A stretch of DNA of 64,000 nt from Minutocellus sp. GHC0000111 (Eukaryota), in the NCBI GenBank assembly GCA_977018835.1, contig OZ361256.1:6696001-6760000 (forward strand), read 5' to 3'. Position 1 is the first letter of the stretch. Each line of letters begins with the position of its first letter. This document shows, in pieces, positions 36,739 to 48,085 of the stretch. Both the position numbers and the translations under genes were made by a program. Under the pieces are notes generated by a model. That model searched no databases and had not been told where the DNA came from. It was given only the letters and a program-made list of their open reading frames with translations.

Positions 36739-37758
36739 CTAATATTTGCTGTGCTTTTCTATTATCGAAAGAAGCTGCACGCTGATCTGGTAACTATATG
36801 AATCTGGAGCGTCGAACAGTAGATTCGACTCCAACTTGCCCTTGGCCGGCGAGAGTTGCCTTGCACGGCGCGTGGGACCGGCGCCGGCCTCCAGAAGCAT
36901 CTGCATCTTGAGAAGGTACTCCTTGGTGTGAACTGCGTCGGGGTACGCCACGCAGGCCAAGCCCACGTATTGGATGGGGAGGTACCAGTCTCGACAGCAT
37001 GGGTCCCAAAACTGTTTGTGGGGGTCGAAGCTTCTATGATTGATCATGGCCCGGTAGCTTGCTACGGACCCATCGAGGAAGGCGAGCAACCAAATGGGTC
37101 GGCTATGACCCGTCGTGATGCCGGCAAGGACGTTGGCGCTCTGCCGTGACAGGAGATAGTCGAAGCATGATCTGTCCTTCTGCATGGCAGCCAGGGACAG
37201 GAGATGGCGCTTCTCCGTGCTGCTGCACCCACTCCAACTGTAGGAGTTGATGTCGATGCCAACGCCCTCGACCAAATGTTTGAGGATGTCCACCATCCCC
37301 AGCTCAATGGCAGCTGCGGGATTGTTGAAGAGAACTGCCGGATTGGCCCTGATCTTGTCGTGTCCGTAATCGCGGATTCTGGGCGAGGACCACCGGTCGT
37401 CGTGGACCAGCTCCTCCTTGCACCGATTTCTCCAGTCGGGATTGAAACCCATCCAGTCCTTGAGTTCCTCTCTGGCGGCCTTGAGGTCTATCGGGTCCAG
37501 CAAATTCTTCTTGGTGACGCGCCACAGATAACGGGAGTTGCCGGTGAGCCAGATGCGGCGGATTATTGGACTGACGATCGGTCCCACTGCCACGCAAATG
37601 TTGAACAGGTCATTCTTCTTGATGTTGACGAATGAGGCGATTTCAGCGAGAATCTCGATGCTAAAGGAAGGCCGCTGAGGGAAACTAGCCGGCCGAGCGT
37701 GTACTGGCACGGCGTGGCCTTGGTTGGTCCTGCGTTTCTTCGTTGCCGGAGGTGTCAT
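36739..37758 (-). CDS. F-box-like plus ankyrin repeat protein
   Basis: FSIEILAEIASFV..DLFNICVA; AAIELGMVDILKHLVEGVGIDIN; LLSLAAMQKDRSCFDYLL. Confidence 0.7.
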   Translation of the reverse strand: MTPPATKKRRTNQGHAVPVHARPASFPQRPSFSIEILAEIASFVNIKKNDLFNICVAVGPIVSPIIRRIWLTGNSRYLWRVTKKNLLDPIDLKAAREELKDWMGFNPDWRNRCKEELVHDDRWSSPRIRDYGHDKIRANPAVLFNNPAAAIELGMVDILKHLVEGVGIDINSYSWSGCSSTEKRHLLSLAAMQKDRSCFDYLLSRQSANVLAGITTGHSRPIWLLAFLDGSVASYRAMINHRSFDPHKQFWDPCCRDWYLPIQYVGLACVAYPDAVHTKEYLLKMQMLLEAGAGPTRRARQLSPAKGKLESNLLFDAPDSYSYQISVQLLSIIEKHSKY

Positions 37759-38270
37759 TCCTGAGAAAGGAAGGCAAGGCAAAGATGAGGCGAGGTGGGA
37801 AGTTTGTGCGTCGTACGAACGAACCTATCCGGCACCCAATTGTTGTCACTTGTTTGTGCTGGGGAAGTGAAGAGCGGAAGAGGTGCAGGTGGAAGCTTGA
37901 ACCTTTTGCTGTTGTTATGTGGCGTCATGCTTGGGTGGGAGTTGCCTTTGACTTTGCTTGGTGGGCAGCACTAGCTAGCTAGCTACGCAGCAGCAGTTGC
38001 TCGTTCTGTGGCGCCTGGCGTCTCGCGCAAAATTCCGGGCAAGGATGAGAAAGCAAAAAGGTGGTCTCTGTTCGGCGACCTGGTCGTCGCAAGGTGCGAA
38101 GTCCGTTTCGCGAGAAATCGAGCGCAGGGTCGGGACCAAAACAGCGACTTTTTGGGCCCGCAACCGCCTGAATCTTAGATCTGCCGGCATGCGTCGTGTT
38201 GCCGATCCGAGGCGAGCATCATGCCATCGTTCAAGATGAAGACGAGATGGAGGCCGAACCGTCGCGTCGC

Positions 38271-38478
38271 ACGAACGCGTCCATTTGATTAGAGCCGCTG
38301 AAATCTAAAGTCTTGTCCGAATTGTTGTTTCACATGAAGACAAGTCAAAATTAGAGCAAAAATAGCCATTTTCTTAAATGTTTCAGCATGATGACCATTC
38401 TTCGAGGCGCTTTTCAATCCCCTCGAAAGCAGTCAAAAACCGGGCGCTCGATTTCTCGCGAATGAATCTGACCTCGTA
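38271..38478 (-). mobile_element. Second, mutated copy of the mariner 5' end at 10348-10548
   Basis: About 200 bp align, with 7 substitutions and 2 short duplications. Confidence 0.92.
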
Positions 38479-38842
38479 AGTGTGCGGGATGTGCATGCAG
38501 GTTATGGTTTGTGAAGCTCTTGCCGCAGGGCATCTTCTTCATGTCTTGCTTTCGATGATTGTTTGTCTAAAAATAGAATGGCCTTAGTTCAGAGAGTGAC
38601 GCATTTTGGTAGCGGCGGAAAGACGCCAAACAAAAAAAGAGTCAAGAAAGAAAATGATGAGCATGATGAGAGAAGGAAGGCGGGAAAGTGCTCGAGCCAA
38701 AAGTGAGATTACGGCCGTCCAGGCTGTAGTAGGTCAGGTCTAGATAGCTCGTTCTAGAAAGCTCTAGAGATCTACTTTACAATGTACTATATGAAAAGAG
38801 AATCAACTCTCTACACACATGTCCGTTAGAGATCTGTCTATG

Positions 38843-39323
38843 CAGTCCACCATGCACGTCTATAAGGATATTTCATATCCTGGTTTGAGACCTCATAGTT
38901 TTGCCCCTGATAAGGATAATTGGACCTCAGCTTTGCCAGTATCGTTATTTTTCTCTCATGACAGGCCCTCAGAAGAGGCTACATCCTCCAAGCCTCCAAG
39001 ACTTTGGTGGGGAGGACGCCTCCTATCTTTCGCAGGAGGATTGTGAGAAGCTTCTTGATTACAATGGTGGCGACGAGATTTGAGGTTGGGCTAACGTCTT
39101 GGTGCCTCGTGGAGCTTGGACAGACTATTGGTGGTTTTGGAGAGGTTTTGTACGTTTGCTTAAGCTTTGTTATTCCTCTCCTTAGACGTTCTTTTGCTGC
39201 ATGGTGTTGCCACGTCATTGCTAAATATGGATGTCCTCAGCTGAGACCTCAGATTTCCCCTACTGATAAGGATTTTGAGACCTCAGGTCTCAAAGCAATA
39301 TCCTTATAGGCGTGCACGGACTG
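38843..39323. mobile_element. MITE (Tc1/mariner-like, ~480 bp)
   Basis: Imperfect TIR CAGTCC..TGCACGYCTATAAGGATATT. Flanked by TG on the left and TA on the right. Subterminal TGAGACCTCA repeats. Confidence 0.8.
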
Positions 39324-39518
39324 TACTACAATGTATACATGTACGTAGATCTAGTAACAACATGATTTTAATAGATCTACATGTAATACTGGTACATGAA
39401 TTATATATAATTGCAACACATTTCTGGCTGGATCATCCTACCTCTTCAAGATGACAATTCATTTGATGATAAAAGTCACGTTTGTAGATTTCGTTTGTTT
39501 ATACGTGTAGATAACACT

Positions 39519-41753
39519 CTACCGATTCCGAAGAATCTCAAATACCAGCTCTACGTTCCCCCGGGCCATCTCCTCAAAGGCTTCTGTTTTGCTAACTTGT
39601 TCGAAGTGAGCTAGGATGTATTTTAGCGACTTGGTCCGCAGATTGTCGGCAGAGTGCAAATCAGCCGCCAGGAATATCGTCGCGGCACTTCCAATGGTGA
39701 TGCTTTCGAGCATCTTCTTCTCACACATGGCCTGAAGGCGAGGAAGGCTAAATTGATTGGCCGCGGCAAACAAATCCATGGCAGCATCGAGCGGTATTCG
39801 GACAGCATCGGTGTACAGATACTCCAACAGAAGCAAAAATATGTCGTACCCAACCTGCTCCAATCGGATTTCGCTCTGGCTGGATTCCATCATCGGTCCC
39901 AGGAACATGGCCTGAAAGTACGGCGACCGCATCAGTAGCACCTTATGGGCATACACGGGCCGATCTTCGACAATGAATGTAACGTCCGAGAGCGCATCGT
40001 CATTCACCAGATTGCGTAGGTCAGTAGTTAGGGTTGACGGTGGGATGATGCAGTCCAAATCATCGACGTCAAAGTCAAACCGAATAAAGTCATTCAGCCT
40101 GTGACCGCCGTCGTACCCACCGAAGCAGTAGAGGCTGTCTTCGTACTCGACGGCAACGTGACAGAAGCGATGGCCGGCGGTACCACTCGGAGGTGTCTCG
40201 ATCAGCCTCCACTTGGCCGTCGGGTTGGTGTCGGTGGGGAGCTGCAGCTCGAGCAGGTCGTTCATGGCGCTTCCCGTCGATCCGCCGAAGATGTACATCG
40301 AATCCATATGAACGACGGCAACGTGCGAGTCTCGCGGTATGGGCGGACTGCCCTCGGTCAAAATGGCGGTCCAAACGCGCGTGTCGAAGTTGTAAATGTG
40401 CGTGTCGGCCAGGTGCCGGGTGCCGTCGTGACCGCCAAACAGAACCATGGTGTTGCAATGGACCACGGTGGTGGCGCGATATCGGGCCCGGGGACTGCGG
40501 CCGGTGGTATTGACGGCGGTCCACGACCTCAACGTGAAGTTGAACTGATGAAAGTCGCTCCGGTAGCTGCCATCGTAACCGCCGTAAATGTAGGCACTGT
40601 CCGTGTGCACCACGGCCGAGTGCGAATGTCGCGGGCTGGGCGGACCGCCGCTGAGAGCCGTCACCTGCCTCCACGTCATGCTGGAAAAGTCGAACCCAAA
40701 AAAGTCGGCCACCCTCGACGTGCCGTCGAATCCACCAAACACAAAGAACGCCGTCCCGTGCACCAAGGCCACGTGCCGATCGCGGGGACTGGGCGGCGGT
40801 CCGGAGCTGGCGCTGGGCAGGACCGGACTCCATCTCCGCTCGGCAAAGTGGAAGGCATGGAAATCGTTGAGACGGGACTGGCCGTCGTACCCACCAAAGA
40901 CGCAGAGCGATCCGTTGACCGCCGCGGCGGCGTGGAGGGATCGCGGACAGGGAGGGATGCCCCCCGCCGCTCCCGTGGATATTTCGACGGTCGACCAGCC
41001 GTGCTTGGATTGCTTGGCCACGGTGGTGGTGGGGGTCGGCGCAAGGGTCGGACCGCCTCCTCTTGCAGCAGAGGCTGCGTCAGTGTTACTCTCGTTGTTG
41101 CTGCTGTTGTTGGGAACGAACCGATTGCGCAGGCTCTGGTACATCCCCCCACCGCCGCCGACGGCAGAGGACGAGTTGTTCCGCCGCAATGCCTCCCCGC
41201 CCGGCGCCATCCCAATGTCGGCCGCTGAATGCGCCCTGTGCGGCGGGCTGCGCGGCGGCATGCCGCTGGCTGCGGCGGATGGTTGAGCCGGGGAGGCAGC
41301 GGCGGCGGCAGCAGCATTTGCGCCCAGACTCAGGCCCGCCAGAGCCGAGGAGGCAGCCGCCGTCCCGGTACCACTTGCCGACAATGGCGGAGAGACCGCC
41401 GCCAGCGCCACCGAGGCCGTGGCCTGCCGCAAAGCCGACTGGTGCGACGATGCCGCCGCCGCTGGGGCGTGGTGATGCCTTCTCGAGGAGGAAGATTTGT
41501 GGTGGCCGCTCCGAGATGGGCCGGAAGTTCCAGATGGGCCAGCGCCAGCGACGGCCATGGTTCGGCGAGCGGCCTGGGCCACGTCCAGCGACGGAACTGC
41601 CGATCGAGCCAAATCGCCGAGCAGTGGACGGGAGGGGCTGGTATTGCTGGGAGCAGCAGCAGCAGCAGCATGAGTGTCAGCACCGGTCGTGTCGGCGGGA
41701 GGTGCTGGAACCTCCTGAGAATTGTTTCCGTTCGGCTGCTGCTGGTCGGTCAT
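39519..41753 (-). CDS. LZTR1: Kelch-repeat plus BTB/POZ protein (LZTR1-like)
   Basis: Six Kelch repeats (VFGGYDG..RLNDF), then BTB LSDVTFIVEDRPVYAHKVLL..SPYFQAMF. Confidence 0.88.
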   Translation of the reverse strand: MTDQQQPNGNNSQEVPAPPADTTGADTHAAAAAAPSNTSPSRPLLGDLARSAVPSLDVAQAARRTMAVAGAGPSGTSGPSRSGHHKSSSSRRHHHAPAAAASSHQSALRQATASVALAAVSPPLSASGTGTAAASSALAGLSLGANAAAAAAASPAQPSAAASGMPPRSPPHRAHSAADIGMAPGGEALRRNNSSSAVGGGGGMYQSLRNRFVPNNSSNNESNTDAASAARGGGPTLAPTPTTTVAKQSKHGWSTVEISTGAAGGIPPCPRSLHAAAAVNGSLCVFGGYDGQSRLNDFHAFHFAERRWSPVLPSASSGPPPSPRDRHVALVHGTAFFVFGGFDGTSRVADFFGFDFSSMTWRQVTALSGGPPSPRHSHSAVVHTDSAYIYGGYDGSYRSDFHQFNFTLRSWTAVNTTGRSPRARYRATTVVHCNTMVLFGGHDGTRHLADTHIYNFDTRVWTAILTEGSPPIPRDSHVAVVHMDSMYIFGGSTGSAMNDLLELQLPTDTNPTAKWRLIETPPSGTAGHRFCHVAVEYEDSLYCFGGYDGGHRLNDFIRFDFDVDDLDCIIPPSTLTTDLRNLVNDDALSDVTFIVEDRPVYAHKVLLMRSPYFQAMFLGPMMESSQSEIRLEQVGYDIFLLLLEYLYTDAVRIPLDAAMDLFAAANQFSLPRLQAMCEKKMLESITIGSAATIFLAADLHSADNLRTKSLKYILAHFEQVSKTEAFEEMARGNVELVFEILRNR

Positions 41754-42114
41754 GCTGTTGAGTGAGTCCCTATCTTTTCTATGTATGTGTGCACAACCGA
41801 GAGCAGATATGTGCTGCCTTTGTATGTGTGAGGAGATGGCTTGCTTGCGCAAGTGTGTAAAAAGCACTCACTTGCAAGCAAGACAAGGGAGGGCAGTATG
41901 TACCACCTGCCGCTCTTGCTGCCGCTTTCTCGCTGAAATGGCGATGCATGTCAATGTCTCCGGCCCGCTCCCGCAATCGGGACCAGATGGAAGAAACCAT
42001 AACCCCGAAATAATCTGGGGTACTGAGTACTGAAGTAACTCCATTTTTCGTCTGGTCGTCAACCGTCATCGATAACTTTTATCTTTGCGATTGCTGCGCC
42101 CCGCACTATTTTCC

Positions 42115-42162
42115 TGCATTTGCTCCACCGTCGAGCAATGCATTTGCTCCACCGTCGAGCAA
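42115..42162. repeat. Perfect 24-bp tandem duplication in a divergent promoter
   Basis: TGCATTTGCTCCACCGTCGAGCAA occurs twice. Confidence 0.9.
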
Positions 42163-42374
42163 CGAAAGCCGCCTGCCTGATTGACCTTATTGCTGAATCA
42201 TCGCCAGCTGGGTGTATTATACAGTCGTGTTTGTAAGGACATTTACTAACTAGTTCTGAGGTTTGCGGTGCCTTGAGCCGAATCTGGCCATTTTCTAGCA
42301 CATACTTGCAGCACGTCCCTTGCTTTCGTTCCGCTCAAACCTTCTGCTAGCAAACCAGGTCAGACATTGCTGCC

Positions 42375-45300
42375 ATGCTCCGTTCGGCTTCGCATATGCG
42401 CCAGTTGGCGGTATCAAAATCCAGCTGCGTTCCTCGTAGAGATGCATCAATAGTTCCAAATGCAAGCAGAGGGAGAATACGACGGTACTGTGGAGCCTCG
42501 TGTGGCATTCAGCACGGACATTTCGTCGGCGGTTCGCAAACCAAACAATCGGAGTCGACACAGCATGCCAACCAAAATACCGCTTCTCGTCTGCAGCATC
42601 TCCATTCATTGTCACCACTAAACACCCACCTGAGCCAGCAAAGCAGGCACAAGTCGACATCCGCTGGTGCAGCTGCGGCCGTGGATCTGGACGACCTCGA
42701 CCCCTCTTCCCAGATCCAGAACAACAGCGAAACCGAACAATTCGCCGCGGCCTCCCTCGAGGTCCATCGGCTCTCCCACCTGCGCAACGTGGGCATCCTG
42801 GCGCACGTCGATGCCGGCAAGACCACCGTCACCGAACGCATGCTGGCACTGGCCGGTGTCGTCCGTCGTGCCGGCTCGGTCGATTCCGGAAACACCGTCA
42901 CGGATTATCTGCCCGCCGAACGCGAGCGTGGCATTACCATTCAAAGTGCCGCCATCTCCTTCGATTGGGGATGGCACAACAACATGGTCGGGGATGACTA
43001 CGACCAGAGCGACAACGTGACGGTCCATCTGATCGATACGCCCGGTCACGTCGACTTTAGCGTCGAGGTGAATCGGAGCGTGGCCGTGCTGGACGGGGCG
43101 GTTCTGGTCGTCGATGCCGTGGCGGGGGTGCAGGCGCAGACCGAGACGGTGTGGAGGGCCATCACTCGGCCCAGCCTGAACAACCATCCCGACCATCTCA
43201 AGGCCTCGTCGGAGGCTGCGGATGGCGGTGGTGCTGGTACTTCTGATTCTTCCAGAAAAAGCAACTCTTGTGATCAGCATGGGCATGAACCATTGCCCTG
43301 CCTGGCCATGGTGAACAAGATGGACAAGGAGGGATGTAACTTTGGCATGGCGGTCAGATCCCTGCGCTACAAACTGCCCGGTGCCAATCCGATTGCCATC
43401 CAAATACCGTTGTTTCGGGTCGGTGAATTGAGCGCAGGCAATTCCAAATCCTCCAATAGCAGCATCCTTCCGCCCAACCTGTTTGCGGTCGATGTGGACG
43501 ACGTATCGTCGTCGCTGATGCAAAACGGTGAATTTGTGGGCGTCGTGGATTTGGTCCACATGCGGGCCGTGGTTTGGCCCGATATCGGTAGTCCATCGTC
43601 GGGAGCAGTGTCGAATGTGGAGGAATGCATCCCAACAGTGACGAATCTACTGGATGGAGAAACTCACGAGCCCATATGTGGGGACTGCCAAGTGACGCAG
43701 GTTGCAATGGGATGCCGTGCCGATCTGGTGGGTCACTTGGCCGACGTCGATGAGGCCATGGAAGAGTACTACTTGTTGGAAGAAGAGCCGAGCAATGCCG
43801 CTGTGAGGGCGGCACTCCGAAGAGTTACGTTATCTCGCAAGGCACTACCGGTGATGGCTGGTGCCGCTCTGCGTGGCAAGGGTGTCGAACCGCTGTTGGA
43901 TTGTATCGCCGACTTGTTGCCCAGCCCTCTTGATCGCATACCGCCAGCACTGAATCGTTTGGATGATGCGTCGTCTCCGTGGAGTGGGAAGCGAAAGAAG
44001 GGTGGGTCCAAGAGCAATGATGATAGCATCAGCATGGACTCCCAGCCCCCTCAACGCAGAATAAATTTCGGCCATCCGCTTCATCCAAAAACACTCGCCT
44101 TGGCCTTCAAGGTCTTGCATATGAAGGGACGAGGTGGTTCTGGTGATGGTCGAGTCGTTTTTGCTCGTGTCTACTCCGGTAAGATTCGCGCCAGAGATAC
44201 TCTCAAAATTATAACGCCACCGCTCCCTGGAGAAGTACCAGAGCCGCCGAGGACGGAGCGTGTCGGAAGTTTACTGGAGCTGGCCGGCGGACGATTCGAT
44301 AATCTTGAAGATGGCTCCTGCGCCAGTGGTGATGTATGTGCCCTTGTCGGTCTCAAGACAGTTGTGACGGGCGATACCATCCTTCTTGCCTCAGATGATA
44401 CTGGAAATGGCAATAAAAAGAGTCGCGGAAAGAAGAAGGGTGTCGGTACAGCGGGTGCTGATGAGCATATTGGTAATGTTTGCCTTGCTGGGGTAGCTTC
44501 ACCCAAGCCCGTTCTCACGGTCCGAGTTGAGGCCGAGTCTGCCGAACAACAAGCAAAGCTTTCCGATGCCCTTACACTTTTATCAGTAGAAGATCCGAGT
44601 TTGTGTGTTGAAGAGACGGAATCAGCAACTCTCCTCTCGGGCCTTGGTGAGCTCCACATCGAAATTGTATTGGACAGGCTTCGTAGGGAGTTTGGTCTTG
44701 AGGTCACCACTGGATCGCCAGCGGTCGCATACCGAGAGACGGTAGCAAATGCGATTGACACGAACGGTCTTGTTGAATATGATCGCACAATCGGTGGGAC
44801 TCGTTTACAAGCTGCGGTGCATCTCATGATCGAGCCCGTCCAATGTCCAGATGCTGCCATGTCCGACAACTCGTCTTGCATGATACTTTCTGATCCGGTC
44901 GTAACAATTGGTCCAGAGGCGCGAGATTTCCTTGGAGTGGATGAGGACACGCCCGAAGAAGACCTTGCCATGCGAAGTGAGGTGGCCAAAGCCTTGATAT
45001 CGGGCTGTATGGGGTCGCTGAAACGAGGTCAGATCGGTCCTTATTCCTTGGCGAAAGTTCGGTGCCACGTCCTCAATGTTGACGCCGAGGGTCGTTTGCA
45101 GGCTCTGACTGCTATGCCTGGTTCTCTTCGTGCAGCCGCTGCCAATGCCGTTTCTACTCTCCTTGCCGAGGAAGCAAATTCCAGCTGCACGGTACTTGAA
45201 CCCACCACGAGCGTTGAGATTACACTGCCAAGTGAAATGGTTGGTACCGTTTTATCTGACCTGACCGGAAGACGAGGCACAGTGGGAGATGTTATCATGG

Positions 45301-45470
45301 GAGAGGATGAGAATGATGCCGGTAATCAGGCACCCGGCCATGCCAAGGCACTGGTTCGAGGTGAAGTTCCTCTTATTGAGATTCTTGGATATGCCAATAG
45401 CCTTCGGAGCTTGACTGGCGGTGAGGGGGCCTTCACGGCTGAGTACAAGGGCCACTCACCATGCGATTGA
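42375..45470 (+). CDS. GFM2: Mitochondrial EF-G family GTPase, probably EF-G2 / ribosome-releasing factor 2
   Basis: RNVGILAHVDAGKTT, ERERGITIQSAA, IDTPGHVDF, NKMD, LSGLGELHIEI, VAYRET, GYANSLRSLTGGEG. Presequence present; domain IV is divergent. Confidence 0.8.
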   Translation: MLRSASHMRQLAVSKSSCVPRRDASIVPNASRGRIRRYCGASCGIQHGHFVGGSQTKQSESTQHANQNTASRLQHLHSLSPLNTHLSQQSRHKSTSAGAAAAVDLDDLDPSSQIQNNSETEQFAAASLEVHRLSHLRNVGILAHVDAGKTTVTERMLALAGVVRRAGSVDSGNTVTDYLPAERERGITIQSAAISFDWGWHNNMVGDDYDQSDNVTVHLIDTPGHVDFSVEVNRSVAVLDGAVLVVDAVAGVQAQTETVWRAITRPSLNNHPDHLKASSEAADGGGAGTSDSSRKSNSCDQHGHEPLPCLAMVNKMDKEGCNFGMAVRSLRYKLPGANPIAIQIPLFRVGELSAGNSKSSNSSILPPNLFAVDVDDVSSSLMQNGEFVGVVDLVHMRAVVWPDIGSPSSGAVSNVEECIPTVTNLLDGETHEPICGDCQVTQVAMGCRADLVGHLADVDEAMEEYYLLEEEPSNAAVRAALRRVTLSRKALPVMAGAALRGKGVEPLLDCIADLLPSPLDRIPPALNRLDDASSPWSGKRKKGGSKSNDDSISMDSQPPQRRINFGHPLHPKTLALAFKVLHMKGRGGSGDGRVVFARVYSGKIRARDTLKIITPPLPGEVPEPPRTERVGSLLELAGGRFDNLEDGSCASGDVCALVGLKTVVTGDTILLASDDTGNGNKKSRGKKKGVGTAGADEHIGNVCLAGVASPKPVLTVRVEAESAEQQAKLSDALTLLSVEDPSLCVEETESATLLSGLGELHIEIVLDRLRREFGLEVTTGSPAVAYRETVANAIDTNGLVEYDRTIGGTRLQAAVHLMIEPVQCPDAAMSDNSSCMILSDPVVTIGPEARDFLGVDEDTPEEDLAMRSEVAKALISGCMGSLKRGQIGPYSLAKVRCHVLNVDAEGRLQALTAMPGSLRAAAANAVSTLLAEEANSSCTVLEPTTSVEITLPSEMVGTVLSDLTGRRGTVGDVIMGEDENDAGNQAPGHAKALVRGEVPLIEILGYANSLRSLTGGEGAFTAEYKGHSPCD

Positions 45471-45658
45471 GTAGATGAATAAATGATAGAGTCAGCTAGA
45501 TAGACGATCCAATATTAGATACTTAGTATCTTGGTGCTTATTGAGGCACTACGAACGGTAGGCCTATGAATTGAGGATCAATATTGTTCGTTGCATCGTT
45601 GTTCCCCGCAACTACATGTATCATTTTGCATTCGCTACTCTACTTTTTCGTTTTCTGC

Positions 45659-46884
45659 TCAGATGAAAACCTCATCGGAATCATCATTATCACTAAAGGA
45701 TGAATCCGAGCTGAGTTCGACCAGAGCTGGGGCGGCAGTAATGCTGCCAAAGTCCTTCGGACCACCCGACTTGTTGGACGAAACAGGAGTTGCGATAGTG
45801 GAGTCATCGGTGGCAGCGGCAGACACATCGGCAGCGGTGGTTGTAGAGGTGACGGAGATGGATGAGGCAGCAGCAGGCAAAGCGACGAGGCCAGGACCAG
45901 GACTGGCCACGGCAGCCATCTTCTGCCTCTTCTTCATCTCGACGACCTGAAGAAAGGTGCACGCAGCGATATGCTTGGCCTTGTCCTCCCTCTCCTTCAT
46001 CTCCTTGGCATCCTGCTTCGTAAGCTGGGGCGTAAAGTCATTGCTCATGGCTTGGACGGTGCCAGATCCATGATACATTTCCATCTCGGCGGCGAAGCGG
46101 ATTCGATCCAGCACGCCCTGACCGGCCCACTTGGTGCGATCGTTCTCGGCCATGCGCTGCCACTCGTCGTTGAGGCGTTTGAACGCCTTGAGATCCTGTT
46201 GTTGTGTGAGGATGATGATGAGGACGATGAGATGATGATGAGATATGTTGAAAGTCGCGCAGACCAAAATGCAAGAAAGCATAGAAGTCGGCATGTGGCT
46301 CGAAGGATGAGCATTGGGTCAAAACTGGAAGATGATGGGTTGGATATGTGTGCCATTGTTGCGGCACAAGCAGAATTCTGGCACGTGTTGAGATACGCAG
46401 ATACGTTCGTTCCGAATGGAGCACCAAAAGTGCCCTCGATCACTCTCAAAGTGACTTTAGGGGTATTCGAATTATATATTTGATTGGTGCAATGCGATTC
46501 GGCTTTTGCGTCCAAGATATATCGTAATGTGCCACTTTGGTGTATCTTGCGGCGGCACATGCATCGCCTACAATCATGCTGCTGACATACACTCACCACC
46601 TTCTTGTTGATGATGTTGCCAACCTGGAACTCAATTCCACCGGCCAGAAGGAACAGTTCGTATCCACACCGAGCCTTCTTGGGACCACGAGGGTCGGGCA
46701 TGGCGTCCACCGTAATATGATGAGTCTTCTGTCTCTTCTTACTTTTGCCCTTGGTGGTGTTGGCACGTCCGGTTTGGCGGTCCTTGGAGGTCTTGGCATT
46801 GTTGCTGGTCTTGGCGGTATGGGCGCCGGCATTGGAGGAACTGGCGGCGGTCGTCATGGCACGAGTAGTGATGCGAGAGCTCAT
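45659..46884 (-). CDS. Divergent HMG-box protein; exons 46884-46597 and 46195-45659
   Basis: DPRGPKKARCGYELF...KKV|DLKAFKRLNDEWQRMAENDRTKWAGQGVLDRIRFAAEMEMY across a phase-0 GTGAGT..CAG intron. Confidence 0.7.
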
Positions 46885-47164
46885 GCTTATGCAATGCGTT
46901 GTGGTGTGATTGATGATGGTTTAGGTGTATCAAAGCGTGGGCCACATACATAAACACAGGGAGGAGTTGTGTTGTGGGCTTGCTTTGCCTGCCGTGAACG
47001 CCGTGCGCCTTGCTTTCACCGCGTGAAAAAGACCGAAATTTCCCACAGGATCACTTTTGCTTTGGAGAGCACCTTCCTCCTGCCTCATTTTTATTTTGAC
47101 AAGTTGAGACCGTCCTGTACCCGCTGCTCTACCGCCAGACTGGTCCCTCTTCATTTATACTATC

Positions 47165-48085
47165 ATGTCACATTCGGCCTCGCAGATATCTGCCATCGAC
47201 AGCGCTGTCGTGGCGGAGGCTGCAGAACCGGAGGCCAAGCGGCGCCGACTCCTCGATGCCGGCAGACCGATCGAGGATGATGAGACGGCAAGGCAGAAGA
47301 TGAGGGATGCCAACGTCGGAGAGGACGGTGAGATCACTGGCTTTGACCCACAAAATATGATGGGAATCAAAAGGCTTCGTGGCAGGAGTTCGTCCGGGTT
47401 GACGCCCATGGGTTACTTCAGCTACTTCGGAGACCTACCGATGATGCGCTGGTTGTATGTCAACGGAGCCGATACCAGAGATCTCAATTTACAATACTAT
47501 TTTCCCCTGAATGCAGCAACTATAAGTACAAATATGGGAAATGGATTGGAAGTGGAGGTAGTGAAATGGCTATATCTTCATGGAGCGGCCAAAGACGTTA
47601 CAAGGAGAAACGTGGGCATTTGGTCGCCTTTCACTTACCTTCTTGTCAATGGGGAGAGAAGCTTGATCCAGTGGCTGATATTGAACGGTGCTCTTTGTCG
47701 GGATGACAATGTGTCTGGTATGTTGGATCTTAGAAAATTGAAGACGAGCTTTGGCAGAGCGTTAAAACTCCAAAGGTCTAGAGAACGATTTGCCGACGCG
47801 AGGGAAGATCTCCTTGAGTGGGCAGTTGGGCTCCATCAAGCTAGATTCTCCTTCTTGACCTTCCTGTGTGGAACACTGTCCCGCCAGGGTACGGTCGATC
47901 CAGCACTTGTCTCCCTTGGTGGAAGTATCGGCATTATGGAGCCTGTGGCAGATTATTTAGGAGCAATTCGCGGTCGAGAGGCCCGCATTATTCGTCAACT
48001 CGTAGAGCTTCTTCCAGATATTTATACTGAGTTGGAGGATATCGAGGATGGTTGGGCAAATGAAAGCGATAATGATAGCGAGTGA
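47165..48085 (+). CDS. Ankyrin-like repeat protein, family copy 3 (intact)
   Basis: RPIEDDETARQKM..GFDP, PMGYFSYFGDLPMMRWLYVNGA, KWLYLHGA, QWLILNGA, FLTFLCGT. Confidence 0.8.
   Translation: MSHSASQISAIDSAVVAEAAEPEAKRRRLLDAGRPIEDDETARQKMRDANVGEDGEITGFDPQNMMGIKRLRGRSSSGLTPMGYFSYFGDLPMMRWLYVNGADTRDLNLQYYFPLNAATISTNMGNGLEVEVVKWLYLHGAAKDVTRRNVGIWSPFTYLLVNGERSLIQWLILNGALCRDDNVSGMLDLRKLKTSFGRALKLQRSRERFADAREDLLEWAVGLHQARFSFLTFLCGTLSRQGTVDPALVSLGGSIGIMEPVADYLGAIRGREARIIRQLVELLPDIYTELEDIEDGWANESDNDSE

Noticed and set aside
40090..41765. Many long overlapping or antisense ORFs over GC-rich genes (also 2973-4404, 17796-18812, 42500-43559, 50774-51639)
   Set aside because: Shadow ORFs caused by high GC3 codon bias; no recognisable motifs.
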